Virus record (IMG/VR): IMGVR_UViG_3300038504_000001
Location: 62,001-98,671 of that record
Strand: one strand, 5' to 3'
DNA: 36,671 bases
Origin: an uncultured virus (IMG/VR IMGVR_UViG_3300038504_000001)
Lineage: Duplodnaviria > Heunggongvirae > Uroviricota > Caudoviricetes
Under the pieces are notes generated by a model. It was not told where the DNA came from and did not search any database. It saw only the letters and a list, made by a program, of their open reading frames with translations. Shown here piece by piece: positions 1 through 8,448 of this stretch (position 1 is its first letter; every line of letters begins with the position of its first letter). Both the position numbers and the translations under genes were made by a program.

Positions 1-1
1 A

Positions 2-829
2 ATTAGACATATCAACTTAACTGAAACTGTTAACTCAATAAAAAAAGAAGTAGAGAGAAAATCTATCATAACAAATTCAATTAATTCTTGTATTAGTAAT
101 TTAAACCAAGCAAACATATTGAACTCTTTCATTGAAGATACTTCTAATTGGTTTTCTGCTAAAGGTAGATTAAATGAACAGCAAGAAACATTACAGTCAA
201 TTAATGAACAGCTAGCTATTGCTGAACAAATAAAAGCAAACATAACTAAATCAAGCATCTTAAACTCTTACTTACAGTCTTGTGATAAGATTGATTCTGG
301 ATACAAAAGGTTATTTATTTATGACAGTGCAAAAGAAAAGGTAGTTGAAAAGCTTAATCTTGCAAAGTCTCTTTATGCTAAAATAAATGAACATAACATT
401 ATTAACTATTTTAATAAGATATCTAACTTTCATTACTCTTTATCTGAAGAACTTAAAACTAAGTTGGAAGAACTACAACTATTGACTAAAACTAAAAACA
501 GTTTAGTAAGATACTCTTCTTTATCTAATTATGTTAAAAGATTAAAGACAATTCATAAAGCTAAGAATCAAGTTAAGGCATTGGAGTCTAAGAACAAAGA
601 CATAATACAAGTTATAAAGTCTTTAGAGTCTTATAAAACATTAAAAGTGTATGCATCTATAAATTCAAAGATAGAGGACATTAAAGCAGGTATTGTATCT
701 AAAGGTTTAGAAGTTATGGCTATATCAAGAGAGATAGCTTCTGCAAAAGAAAAGCTAGATGGATTAGTAGCTTGCCCACATTGTAACAAACCTATTGGAA
801 ACTTTATTAAGGAACATTGTAATGAGTAA
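2..829 (+). CDS. Rad50/SbcC-like protein, N-terminal half (5'-partial): coiled coil ending in a zinc hook
   Basis: Frame is open from position 2 (IRHINLTETV...), so the gene starts upstream of the window. Long heptad-rich region ending in ACPHCNKPI (CxxC hook). Overlaps the Mre11-like gene. Confidence 0.75.
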   Translation: MRHINLTETVNSIKKEVERKSIITNSINSCISNLNQANILNSFIEDTSNWFSAKGRLNEQQETLQSINEQLAIAEQIKANITKSSILNSYLQSCDKIDSGYKRLFIYDSAKEKVVEKLNLAKSLYAKINEHNIINYFNKISNFHYSLSEELKTKLEELQLLTKTKNSLVRYSSLSNYVKRLKTIHKAKNQVKALESKNKDIIQVIKSLESYKTLKVYASINSKIEDIKAGIVSKGLEVMAISREIASAKEKLDGLVACPHCNKPIGNFIKEHCNE

Positions 830-1820
830 ATTAGCATTTGTAAAAGACCTTCACGCTATGCTGGGTCTTGTAAAACCTTTGTCTAGGACTGATTCTTTTC
901 ATAAAGATATGCGAGTTAAATATTTGTCTTTAAGAGATAAACTTACTGAAATGGAAGTAACTCATCTGGTATTTACTGGAGATTTATTTCAGGTAAAAGC
1001 ACCAAGTAAATATGATATCAATGCTTTAGCTTTATATGATGAACTCTTTTTAGAAATACTTGGAGACTTTAAGAAATATACTATCCGAGGTAATCACGAT
1101 ATCTATATGACTAAAGAGGGCTTACATAGGAATAGTATATTTGAGCTAGGACTTACTCATAAATGGTACGAAACTTTAGAGGGTAGCCCTTTAGTCTTAG
1201 ACGATATTGTGGTTTACGGTATTGACTTTAGACGCGACGTAGAAGAGCTTAAGTCTGAACTCGAATCTCTATCTGATATTGCTATTAAACAGAACTTCTT
1301 AGGTAAGAAAACTGCAGTAGTTGTTCACGAGCATTTAGTTCCTACAACTAAGGATATGTTTCTAAACAGCTATATATTGTATGATTATTTCTCGGAGCTT
1401 AGCTTTGATTTAGTGGTTGGGGGGCATCTTCATAAAGGTTACCCTACTAAAACTGTAGGAGAATGTACTATAATAAATACTTGGTCATTTTGCCGATTAG
1501 TTCGAGACCATTACTCTGTTGATGACAAGCATAAACCTTGCTTCAGCTATGTGAATATTGAAAACCAAAAGATTGAGACAAGAAACATTGCCGTTAAGCA
1601 CAGACCTTATGAAAGTGCATTTACTAGCACTATAATCTCTGAAACTAATTTGATGGGTAACATTTCTGCATTTAAAAGTAAGATAGCTCAAGCTGGAGAC
1701 TTGTCTGGTATTAGTCTTGACTTGATTAGAGAAAGTTCTGGGGCTTTAGAAGTAGATTCAGAACTGTTAAACAAGTCAATCGAATATATTGAAACTTTAC
1801 TTGATGATAATAGGGAGTAA
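822..1820 (+). CDS. sbcD: Mre11/SbcD-like metallophosphoesterase nuclease
   Basis: Motifs DLH, TGDLF, GNHD, HEH, GHLH. ATG at 822 follows AAGGA (809-813), preferred over the ORF-track start at 795. Confidence 0.9.
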   Translation: MSKLAFVKDLHAMLGLVKPLSRTDSFHKDMRVKYLSLRDKLTEMEVTHLVFTGDLFQVKAPSKYDINALALYDELFLEILGDFKKYTIRGNHDIYMTKEGLHRNSIFELGLTHKWYETLEGSPLVLDDIVVYGIDFRRDVEELKSELESLSDIAIKQNFLGKKTAVVVHEHLVPTTKDMFLNSYILYDYFSELSFDLVVGGHLHKGYPTKTVGECTIINTWSFCRLVRDHYSVDDKHKPCFSYVNIENQKIETRNIAVKHRPYESAFTSTIISETNLMGNISAFKSKIAQAGDLSGISLDLIRESSGALEVDSELLNKSIEYIETLLDDNRE

Positions 1821-1823
1821 CTT

Positions 1824-2708
1824 ATGGAAACACACTATGACAAATGCTTTTTAAACGGTAACCTCATCAACCTTAAAGACTTAGACGAAGATATAAGATA
1901 TGCTGATGATAGGCTTTCTTTCACTTCATTAAATACTCTAAATGAATGTGCATACCGATTCTTTAATGAGACTTGGGAAGATATTGGACTGTCAGATAAT
2001 GACAACTCAGCACACGGGACTTTTGGTCATTACTTTATGTCTGTATTTCTATCAAAGTTCTATCTTAAGGACTTTAACTTGGATTTATTTACTGAAGAAG
2101 CTTTATACTTGGCTGAAAAGGTTATCACTTATGATAAATCTAGAGCTAGAGAAAAGCTTAAACCTGAAATGACTTATTTTACATTATCAACTAATTTATT
2201 GTATGTAACTAAATCATTCAAGTATGAAAAATACTTAGAAAAGATAACAAACTATCTTAAAATCATAAATGAGTTCTTAGGTCATATACCTTTATCTAAG
2301 ATTGCTAATCTTTATGTGGAGACTGGGATATACGTTGTAACTAAGGCTGGTAGAGTAGTTTTTGGTAAAGCTGACTTAATTATAGAGTTCATCGATGGAA
2401 CATACTCTATTATTGACCATAAGAGTTCTTTCATTCCTATGTACTTTAATTCAATGCAGTTAAAAATGTATGCTAGTATTCTTAAAAAGCCAATAAAAGA
2501 TTTAGTTATCTATGAATTGTCTTCTGGTAGTTGGATTAAATACTCAGAGAGTGTCGAGGTGTGTCTGAATGAAGCCAAAGAGTTTATCAATGAGGGATTG
2601 AAGAGATTTAAGTCTGGAGAGGAACTAAGTGTCGGAGAGTGGTGCAATGGGTGTCCTGTAAGATGCTTAGACTCAATGACTGATAGTGAGGGCTATGTTA
2701 GTATGTAG
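1824..2708 (+). CDS. PD-(D/E)XK nuclease, Cas4/AddB/RecB-like, probable Fe-S cysteines
   Basis: LSFTSLNTLNECAYRF, GTFGH, E..GKADLI..IIDHKS, QLKMYA, C-terminal CNGCPVRC. Confidence 0.85.
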   Translation: METHYDKCFLNGNLINLKDLDEDIRYADDRLSFTSLNTLNECAYRFFNETWEDIGLSDNDNSAHGTFGHYFMSVFLSKFYLKDFNLDLFTEEALYLAEKVITYDKSRAREKLKPEMTYFTLSTNLLYVTKSFKYEKYLEKITNYLKIINEFLGHIPLSKIANLYVETGIYVVTKAGRVVFGKADLIIEFIDGTYSIIDHKSSFIPMYFNSMQLKMYASILKKPIKDLVIYELSSGSWIKYSESVEVCLNEAKEFINEGLKRFKSGEELSVGEWCNGCPVRCLDSMTDSEGYVSM

Positions 2709-2740
2709 CATTATATTATTTAAAATAAAAGGAGCGTTGT

Positions 2741-2989
2741 ATGGCTATGACTGGGGCTGAAGTTAATGAATTGATTGACAAACTTAATAAGAAGAAGAAC
2801 ACTTGTGAAACTGATATTGCTGTTCTAAAATCTGACTTAAGTAAACAGGAAGAGAAGTTAGAGGAAACTCTACCTAAAGTGGAAAAGATTGTTGGCTCTA
2901 CTGATGCAGAGTCTGTTAAAGAATTTTTACAAAATCTAGACAATGAGATAAAACTAGATATTGCTAAACTTAATGAAATGGGGGAATAA
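2741..2989 (+). CDS. Small coiled-coil protein, possible third piece of the split Rad50
   Basis: AAGGAG RBS; 82 aa, E/K-rich heptad pattern; lies between the two Rad50 halves. Confidence 0.6.
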   Translation: MAMTGAEVNELIDKLNKKKNTCETDIAVLKSDLSKQEEKLEETLPKVEKIVGSTDAESVKEFLQNLDNEIKLDIAKLNEMGE

Positions 2990-2994
2990 CCAAA

Positions 2995-4284
2995 ATGGCT
3001 GAAACTAAAGAAAAAGAAACACCAAAAAAAGAAGCAAAGAAGATGATAAAACTTCCTGACTTAAATCAGGATTTCTCTGGAAAGATTAGAGCAAAAGAAT
3101 CAGATTCAACTATTGTATTCAGATTACATATTGCTGCGTTAGATAGATTACTATCTTTATTTAGATTTGCAAAAGATGACAAATCTCAAGATTTACCTGT
3201 TTTCTATCATCAAGGTAGTTTAATTTTCCTTAAAAATCAACTTGATGCTTCAAAATCTGGGGTTGTTCCCATTGAGCTTGTTGAGGGATTACCTGAAGAC
3301 GTTGAGTATGTTCTTTTCAACTTAGACTATTCTTTATTGCAACAAGTGTACTCTACAATGAAGCAAATAGATAAAGACACTCTAATTATGGAATTTAAAG
3401 GTAGCAACTCTGTTGAGTTCTTAATTGGAACATTTAGACTTCCAAGTAAATTGAAAAGTACTGTTCTTGAGATTCCTTATTCTGCTCTTGATTCAAATGA
3501 ATTAACAGAATTAATTCCTGTTGCTGAGCTTAGAAAGATTCTTGATATTAGTTATAACACTACTGACAGTAAACATAGTGCATTAGATAATATTTATATT
3601 GACAACAACAATGTTATTGGGGGAACAAGAGGTTTATTACTTAAAACAAGTTCTATTTTACCAAAACTTGAAGAGGGTAAATTACTTGGATTCAATTACA
3701 AATTCTATTCAGATATCGCAGCTTTCAGTTCTTTAGTTTCTGGAGAGATTTCTGTTACTTTAGGTTCTTCAAACATTAGAGGTTCTGTAAGGGAAGTGCT
3801 TGAGTTCAGTTCTTATGACTGCAGATTGGTGGTGCCTTTATCTATTTTAAATGATGGAGATAAATCTACTTACACTCAATTAAGAACACAACTAGATATT
3901 GAAGACAACGATGAAAATACTGTTATTCAATGTACAGTTAAGTCTGTAAGAAGAACTTTAAACTGTATGCAACTCGCTTTATATGGGTTAAAATCAACTC
4001 ACAAAACAACATTTGCTATTAAAGGTCAAAAAGTAGTTGTTTCTGCAACTCCTCTTACAAATGAACCTGCTGTTGACACTTTAACTTGTAATGTTGCAAA
4101 CTCTTTTGAGTCTTCTGTTATTTTAGGTATTCAATACTTAATGAGTGCTTTAGATAGTTTTGAAGCAGATGACAATATTGAGATTAGCATTCCAAAAGTT
4201 CAAGATTCTCCTAGAATCAAAATCTACGGAAAAGTTAAACAAGGTTATTACAAAAGCTGGATTACAGCAACTTATTTACAATAG
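2995..4284 (+). CDS. Putative DNA sliding clamp (divergent DnaN/beta-like)
   Basis: 429 aa with a roughly three-fold repeating alpha/beta pattern; C-terminal LGIQYLMSALDSFEADDNIEISI resembles the beta-clamp N..YL.DAL..I.....I segment; a DnaX clamp loader is in the same window. Confidence 0.6.
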   Translation: MAETKEKETPKKEAKKMIKLPDLNQDFSGKIRAKESDSTIVFRLHIAALDRLLSLFRFAKDDKSQDLPVFYHQGSLIFLKNQLDASKSGVVPIELVEGLPEDVEYVLFNLDYSLLQQVYSTMKQIDKDTLIMEFKGSNSVEFLIGTFRLPSKLKSTVLEIPYSALDSNELTELIPVAELRKILDISYNTTDSKHSALDNIYIDNNNVIGGTRGLLLKTSSILPKLEEGKLLGFNYKFYSDIAAFSSLVSGEISVTLGSSNIRGSVREVLEFSSYDCRLVVPLSILNDGDKSTYTQLRTQLDIEDNDENTVIQCTVKSVRRTLNCMQLALYGLKSTHKTTFAIKGQKVVVSATPLTNEPAVDTLTCNVANSFESSVILGIQYLMSALDSFEADDNIEISIPKVQDSPRIKIYGKVKQGYYKSWITATYLQ

Positions 4285-4294
4285 TAGATATATT

Positions 4295-4314
4295 CAGGGC
4301 TCATTGGAGCCCTG
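4295..4314 (+). terminator. GC-rich hairpin after the clamp gene (terminator or processing stem)
   Basis: CAGGGCTC-ATTG-GAGCCCTG, perfect 8-bp stem; no clear U-tract. Confidence 0.5.
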
Positions 4315-4350
4315 TAGTATGTGTTACTTATAATAACTAAAAGGAAGAAA

Positions 4351-4950
4351 ATGACTTTAGAGCAAATATCAAATGAACTCCATCTGACAGAAACACTATT
4401 GAAGCGAGCAACTAGAGAGCTTGATGAAAAGAAAGATATACTAGCATCTAAGGAAGAGAAGTCTCAAGTAGTTAGCCTTGCTACTAAGATTCTTGAAAAC
4501 TATTTAGAATCTGTATCTAGTAGTGTTTCTGGAACATTAGAAGAGCTTATGCGTTCTGCATTGAAAGTCTTCAACATGAATATTGACGTTACTCTAGAAT
4601 ATCACGAGGGAGCTAGAGGTGGTTACAGAACTTCTATCCGACAAGGTAATGTGACTGGCGGCGTTAATAGTTTTGGTGGTGGGGTTCTTAGCTTAATATC
4701 TTTAATTATGCTAGTAAGCACAATCGTACTGAAAAAGAAAAGAAGATTCATAGTTCTTGATGAAAGTTTAAATGCAGTATCTATTGAATACCAAGAGGGT
4801 TTATCTAACTTCATAAGACAGCTTTGTGATGATTTTGACTTCAACATTGTGCTGGTTAGTCATCAAAAATCTTTAAACACTGAAGCAACAAGAGCTTATG
4901 AGGTGTCTTCAGTAGAGGGAAAAGGCACTGTAATTCGTAAGGAGCTATAA
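4351..4950 (+). CDS. Rad50/SbcC-like ABC ATPase, C-terminal half
   Basis: Short coiled coil, signature-like SFGGG, Walker B FIVLDE, D-loop region SLNAVS, H-loop LVSHQ; no Walker A. ATG 4351 follows AAGGA. Confidence 0.85.
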   Translation: MTLEQISNELHLTETLLKRATRELDEKKDILASKEEKSQVVSLATKILENYLESVSSSVSGTLEELMRSALKVFNMNIDVTLEYHEGARGGYRTSIRQGNVTGGVNSFGGGVLSLISLIMLVSTIVLKKKRRFIVLDESLNAVSIEYQEGLSNFIRQLCDDFDFNIVLVSHQKSLNTEATRAYEVSSVEGKGTVIRKEL

Positions 4951-5709
4951 ATGGGACTTAATGTTTTAAATAATTTTCCATTACCTCCTAAGAAGTTAAC
5001 TTCTTTAGAAGTAAGACTAGCTACTCCTCCAAAGAAACCCAGTGCTAAGTTTCTTTTAACTAGAAAAGAGATACAAGCTGTTCTTGTAGCAACAGTGCAT
5101 TTAAATGTCTGGCTATTAGATGCTAAAGGCAACTACCCTGAAGTGGAAGAAATGTACAACTCTCTCAAATCTGTGGCATGTCATTTCTATAGCTCTTGGG
5201 ATTCTGAAATAGCTTATGCACAAACTAATTTGAATAAGCTTGCAAATAAGCTTCCAACAGAGGACGTGAAATTTAAAATACCTTCAGGTGCATTTTATAT
5301 TGATATGATTGACGAAGACAACAATATTGAAAATATAACTGAACCTAGTTTAAAGCTAATTCATATTGCTAAGCCTAAAGATGGGGACAATGTTTGGAGT
5401 CTTCAAAGAAAGAACTTTATAAGCTCGGATACAATATTTACTGCTAAAGTTAAATGGATACTGCCTACTATAAATCCTTTAACTTTTGGATTAATGGTAA
5501 TAGCCGTATTAGCAGAATCTCCTAGAATAGATTTAAAGCTTAGACAAAAATGGTTAAGACAGCTTAACTTAATTTATAATACTGTAGAGGACGAGATTGG
5601 AATAAAACAGTACAGTTTTAAAAACAGTAATATATTAGCTTCACTTTATACTGACAATATGTATATGGATTATAATTACAAGGGCACTATAAAAACTTAT
5701 AATTCTTGA
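4951..5709 (+). CDS. Hypothetical protein
   Basis: 252-aa ORF with AAGGAG RBS, abutting the previous gene; no family recognised. Confidence 0.75.
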   Translation: MGLNVLNNFPLPPKKLTSLEVRLATPPKKPSAKFLLTRKEIQAVLVATVHLNVWLLDAKGNYPEVEEMYNSLKSVACHFYSSWDSEIAYAQTNLNKLANKLPTEDVKFKIPSGAFYIDMIDEDNNIENITEPSLKLIHIAKPKDGDNVWSLQRKNFISSDTIFTAKVKWILPTINPLTFGLMVIAVLAESPRIDLKLRQKWLRQLNLIYNTVEDEIGIKQYSFKNSNILASLYTDNMYMDYNYKGTIKTYNS

Positions 5710-5745
5710 TATAGTATTCTTATTTATATAAAAATAGGAGTTTCT

Positions 5746-6261
5746 ATGTCTGCAGAGTCTATTATGTACCTAAACTTATTGAGTTACTTGCTTTTAGGAA
5801 AAACAAAAGAAGTTGACGAATTTCTTTCTAACCCTGAAGCAAGGTTATCTTTAACTAAAGGTCGTAACCAATTAATTCAAAAACATAACTTACAATTAAA
5901 AACTAAAAAACTATATAGAGGTATTCTTCTTGAAGAAGAAAGTCTTTTATCTCAAGGTACTAAACTAAAGCCTTTAAATTATATTCAAACTATTTCTTTC
6001 ACTGAAGATAAGAATGTTGCTTTAACCTTTGCAGATACTAAATCTGAGATATCTAGCTTTGTTATGTTTGCTAGACCTAAATCTGTTGGATATCTAATTG
6101 AATATACTCCTTGGGAAAATGAAATATTGTTTGACTATTCTTGAGCAGAGTCTTTAAATCTTTATGAAATATTTTCTTTCTTAGACAGGGAAGTCATTCA
6201 AGAGCAAAAAGAAATTATTCTTATGCAGAGAGGTATTTGCTTTGATGTGAAAAGGGTCTAA
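5746..6261 (+). pseudogene. ADP-ribosyltransferase-like gene interrupted by one in-frame TGA (6142-6144)
   Basis: KLYRGI and ISFTEDKNVALTFA precede the TGA; the same frame continues AESLNLYEIFSFLDREVIQEQKEIILMQRGICFDVKRV to TAA at 6259-6261, supplying an E-x-x-E-I-I-L strand like the R-S-E ART catalytic strand. Confidence 0.6.
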
Positions 6262-6343
6262 GTATCTTTTATATAGAGATATATAGACTTAAATAAATAA
6301 AAGGAGCTAGAGGGGAGTCCTTCAAGCAAAATAGGGGTTACTT

Positions 6344-6877
6344 ATGAAAATAATATTAATGATGGTTATGCTTTTGTCTTATGCTTTTGCTATAAATGAA
6401 GAGCAGTTAGAAAATGCTAAACTTATTGAGAAAATGACAGAGTCATCTCATTTAGAAAAAGCTAGAGAGTATAAAAAGACTTTACTTCTTTTAGCTATGC
6501 AAGAAAGTGACTTGGGAATGGTAAACCAAGGGGACAAGAATATGGGTAAAAGTATTACTAAACATTCTTTAGGTATGTTCCATATGCGTATAATTACTGT
6601 TAGGGAGCTTGCAAAAGTATTTCCTGAATTAGCTTGGTTGAGTAAAAGGTCTGACTTATGGATAGCAAACACTTTACTGAAAAGTAAGCAGTTTCAAGTG
6701 ACATTAGCTTTACACAATATTGAAAGAGTTGCAAATAAATCTAGAGGAAGTTATATAAGGCTTGTTAGTCAATGGAACGGTGGATTTCACAATATTGAGT
6801 ATTATAATGCTGTAATGGACAATAAACCTCAACTAGTTGTTGTTCTTAAAATGCTAAGGGCTGAGAAAAATGCTTGA
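6344..6877 (+). CDS. Lytic transglycosylase (SLT/lysozyme-like) with signal peptide
   Basis: N-terminal MKIILMMVMLLSYAFA; catalytic AMQESDLG; SLGMFHM (GLMQ-equivalent); WNGG (YNAG-equivalent). Confidence 0.7.
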   Translation: MKIILMMVMLLSYAFAINEEQLENAKLIEKMTESSHLEKAREYKKTLLLLAMQESDLGMVNQGDKNMGKSITKHSLGMFHMRIITVRELAKVFPELAWLSKRSDLWIANTLLKSKQFQVTLALHNIERVANKSRGSYIRLVSQWNGGFHNIEYYNAVMDNKPQLVVVLKMLRAEKNA

Positions 6878-7175
6878 TAATTGTTCTTTCTGTGGAGTTC
6901 CTTTAACTGAAGAGAACAGAGCAAGAACTAATAGTTGTAAAGAGTGTCGTAAGATTGAGTCTAAGTTTGATGCTGACAAGCACAGAGAAGAACGAAACTT
7001 AAAAAGAAGATTAGCAAGAAGAAAGCCTACTAGAGTACAGACTTGTGAGATATGTAAAAAAGACTTTCATACTTCAATAGAGTTACAGAGAATATGCTCA
7101 TCTGAAGAGTGTCAAAAGAAGAGAAAAGCTATTTACAATAAAGCTTATAATAAAATATACAAAGGAGAGAACTGA
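6870..7175 (+). CDS. Basic zinc-finger protein
   Basis: CSFC, CKEC, CEIC, CSSEEC; K/R-rich. Confidence 0.7.
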   Translation: MLDNCSFCGVPLTEENRARTNSCKECRKIESKFDADKHREERNLKRRLARRKPTRVQTCEICKKDFHTSIELQRICSSEECQKKRKAIYNKAYNKIYKGEN

Positions 7176-7747
7176 TGGATAAAAAGGTTATAATGGTAAG
7201 CGGGAACATTGACCATGGAAAAGATTTCTTGGCTGACTTATTTATGGGGGAACTTAGTATTCTTGGAATTACTGCTGAGAAGATTTCAACTGCAAGAGAA
7301 CTTAAAGAACAGATTTGTAATTTGTTTCGTATAACGCCTGAGTTTTTAGATTATCATAAAAATCAAAGAACTCCTATTGTATTGCCTGATAAGAAAACTG
7401 TATTTAACTTTAGAACTTTCATTCAAGACTATGGAACTTTAATGAGAGAAAAGAGGGGTTTTAATGTATGGGCAGACCACCTGCTGAATGATATTTTTAA
7501 TTCAAAAGCAGAAGTAATTATTGTTCCTGACTTAAGATATCCTTTTGAGTATGATACTATTAAAGCTATATTTAATACTACAACTGTAAGAATTGTAGAT
7601 GATAATATTCCTGTAGACTACTCTCATAGCTCTGAAACTTCTATGGTTGGCTTTGATTTTGATTATGTGGTAAACAACACTGGAAGACCTAAATCTACTA
7701 TAGATGCTTCTACTCGTATTCTTAAATGGATTCTAAATGGCAGATAA
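7175..7747 (+). CDS. Deoxynucleoside monophosphate kinase (T4 gp1-like)
   Basis: P-loop GNIDHGKD, RTFIQDYGT, PDLRYPFE, HSSE, DYVVNN. Confidence 0.85.
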   Translation: MDKKVIMVSGNIDHGKDFLADLFMGELSILGITAEKISTARELKEQICNLFRITPEFLDYHKNQRTPIVLPDKKTVFNFRTFIQDYGTLMREKRGFNVWADHLLNDIFNSKAEVIIVPDLRYPFEYDTIKAIFNTTTVRIVDDNIPVDYSHSSETSMVGFDFDYVVNNTGRPKSTIDASTRILKWILNGR

Positions 7748-8387
7748 GTTAATATCTCAAGGTACTATAAGGAAGATATGGGCTAAATCAATTATTGATA
7801 ATACAAAGTCTTTAGAGTACCTTAAATCTGAAAGAGGATTTACTGAATCTATGATAGAGGGCTTAGAAGTTGGTTACATTGACTATTATAAGTTTGGGGA
7901 AAGCTTTTTCCTTAAGGACGTAATAGTCTTCCCTTTGTATGATGCTTCAGGAAAACTGAAAGGACTTAATACTAGAAAGCTTTATGACAAGTTCTTTATT
8001 AAGTTTGTTTGCAGTAACTATCCTTTGATTTACTCTGACTATGAATTTGTAAACAAAACTCTAGTATTGGTTGAGTCTCCTATTTGTGCTTTAACTTTGA
8101 GAACTTTTCTTCCCGATATGTCTGTAGCTTCTTCATTGTCTGCCGCAATATCTGTACAGCATCTTATTATGTATGGAACAGCTAAAAAGATAATAACTGT
8201 TATGGACGATGATGATGCTGGAGCTAGAAGTGCTGACAGTATTTCTGCATATAATCCTAATACTTATGTAGTACCTAGACATTACTATGCTGACTGTAAA
8301 GACCCTAATGCTATTTACAAAGAAGACTTTGACTCATTCGAAACTTTAGTAGCTTACATAAAGAATATTGACAGAAGAACTAAGTAA
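7737..8387 (+). CDS. DnaG-type primase catalytic core (TOPRIM), no zinc-binding domain
   Basis: YLKSERGF, IVFPLYDASGKLKGLNTR, LVES, MDDDDAG, KDPN. Confidence 0.8.
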   Translation: MADKLISQGTIRKIWAKSIIDNTKSLEYLKSERGFTESMIEGLEVGYIDYYKFGESFFLKDVIVFPLYDASGKLKGLNTRKLYDKFFIKFVCSNYPLIYSDYEFVNKTLVLVESPICALTLRTFLPDMSVASSLSAAISVQHLIMYGTAKKIITVMDDDDAGARSADSISAYNPNTYVVPRHYYADCKDPNAIYKEDFDSFETLVAYIKNIDRRTK

Positions 8388-8448
8388 TTGCTATCTTAAG
8401 TATCTGTCATAAAGAATATATTTCACAAAACAATTATAAGGAAAACTG

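Noticed and set aside
1942..2172. 76-aa + strand ORF nested in the nuclease gene
   Set aside because: Alternative frame inside a gene with clear motifs; no independent support.
1824..2708. CRISPR-Cas system suggested by the Cas4-like gene
   Set aside because: No repeat-spacer array and no other cas genes seen in the window.
6142..6144. Genome-wide TGA recoding or selenocysteine insertion
   Set aside because: Many genes end in TGA with ATGA/TGATG coupling to the next gene, TGG is used for Trp, there is no SECIS-like hairpin, and neither tRNA has a UCA anticodon.
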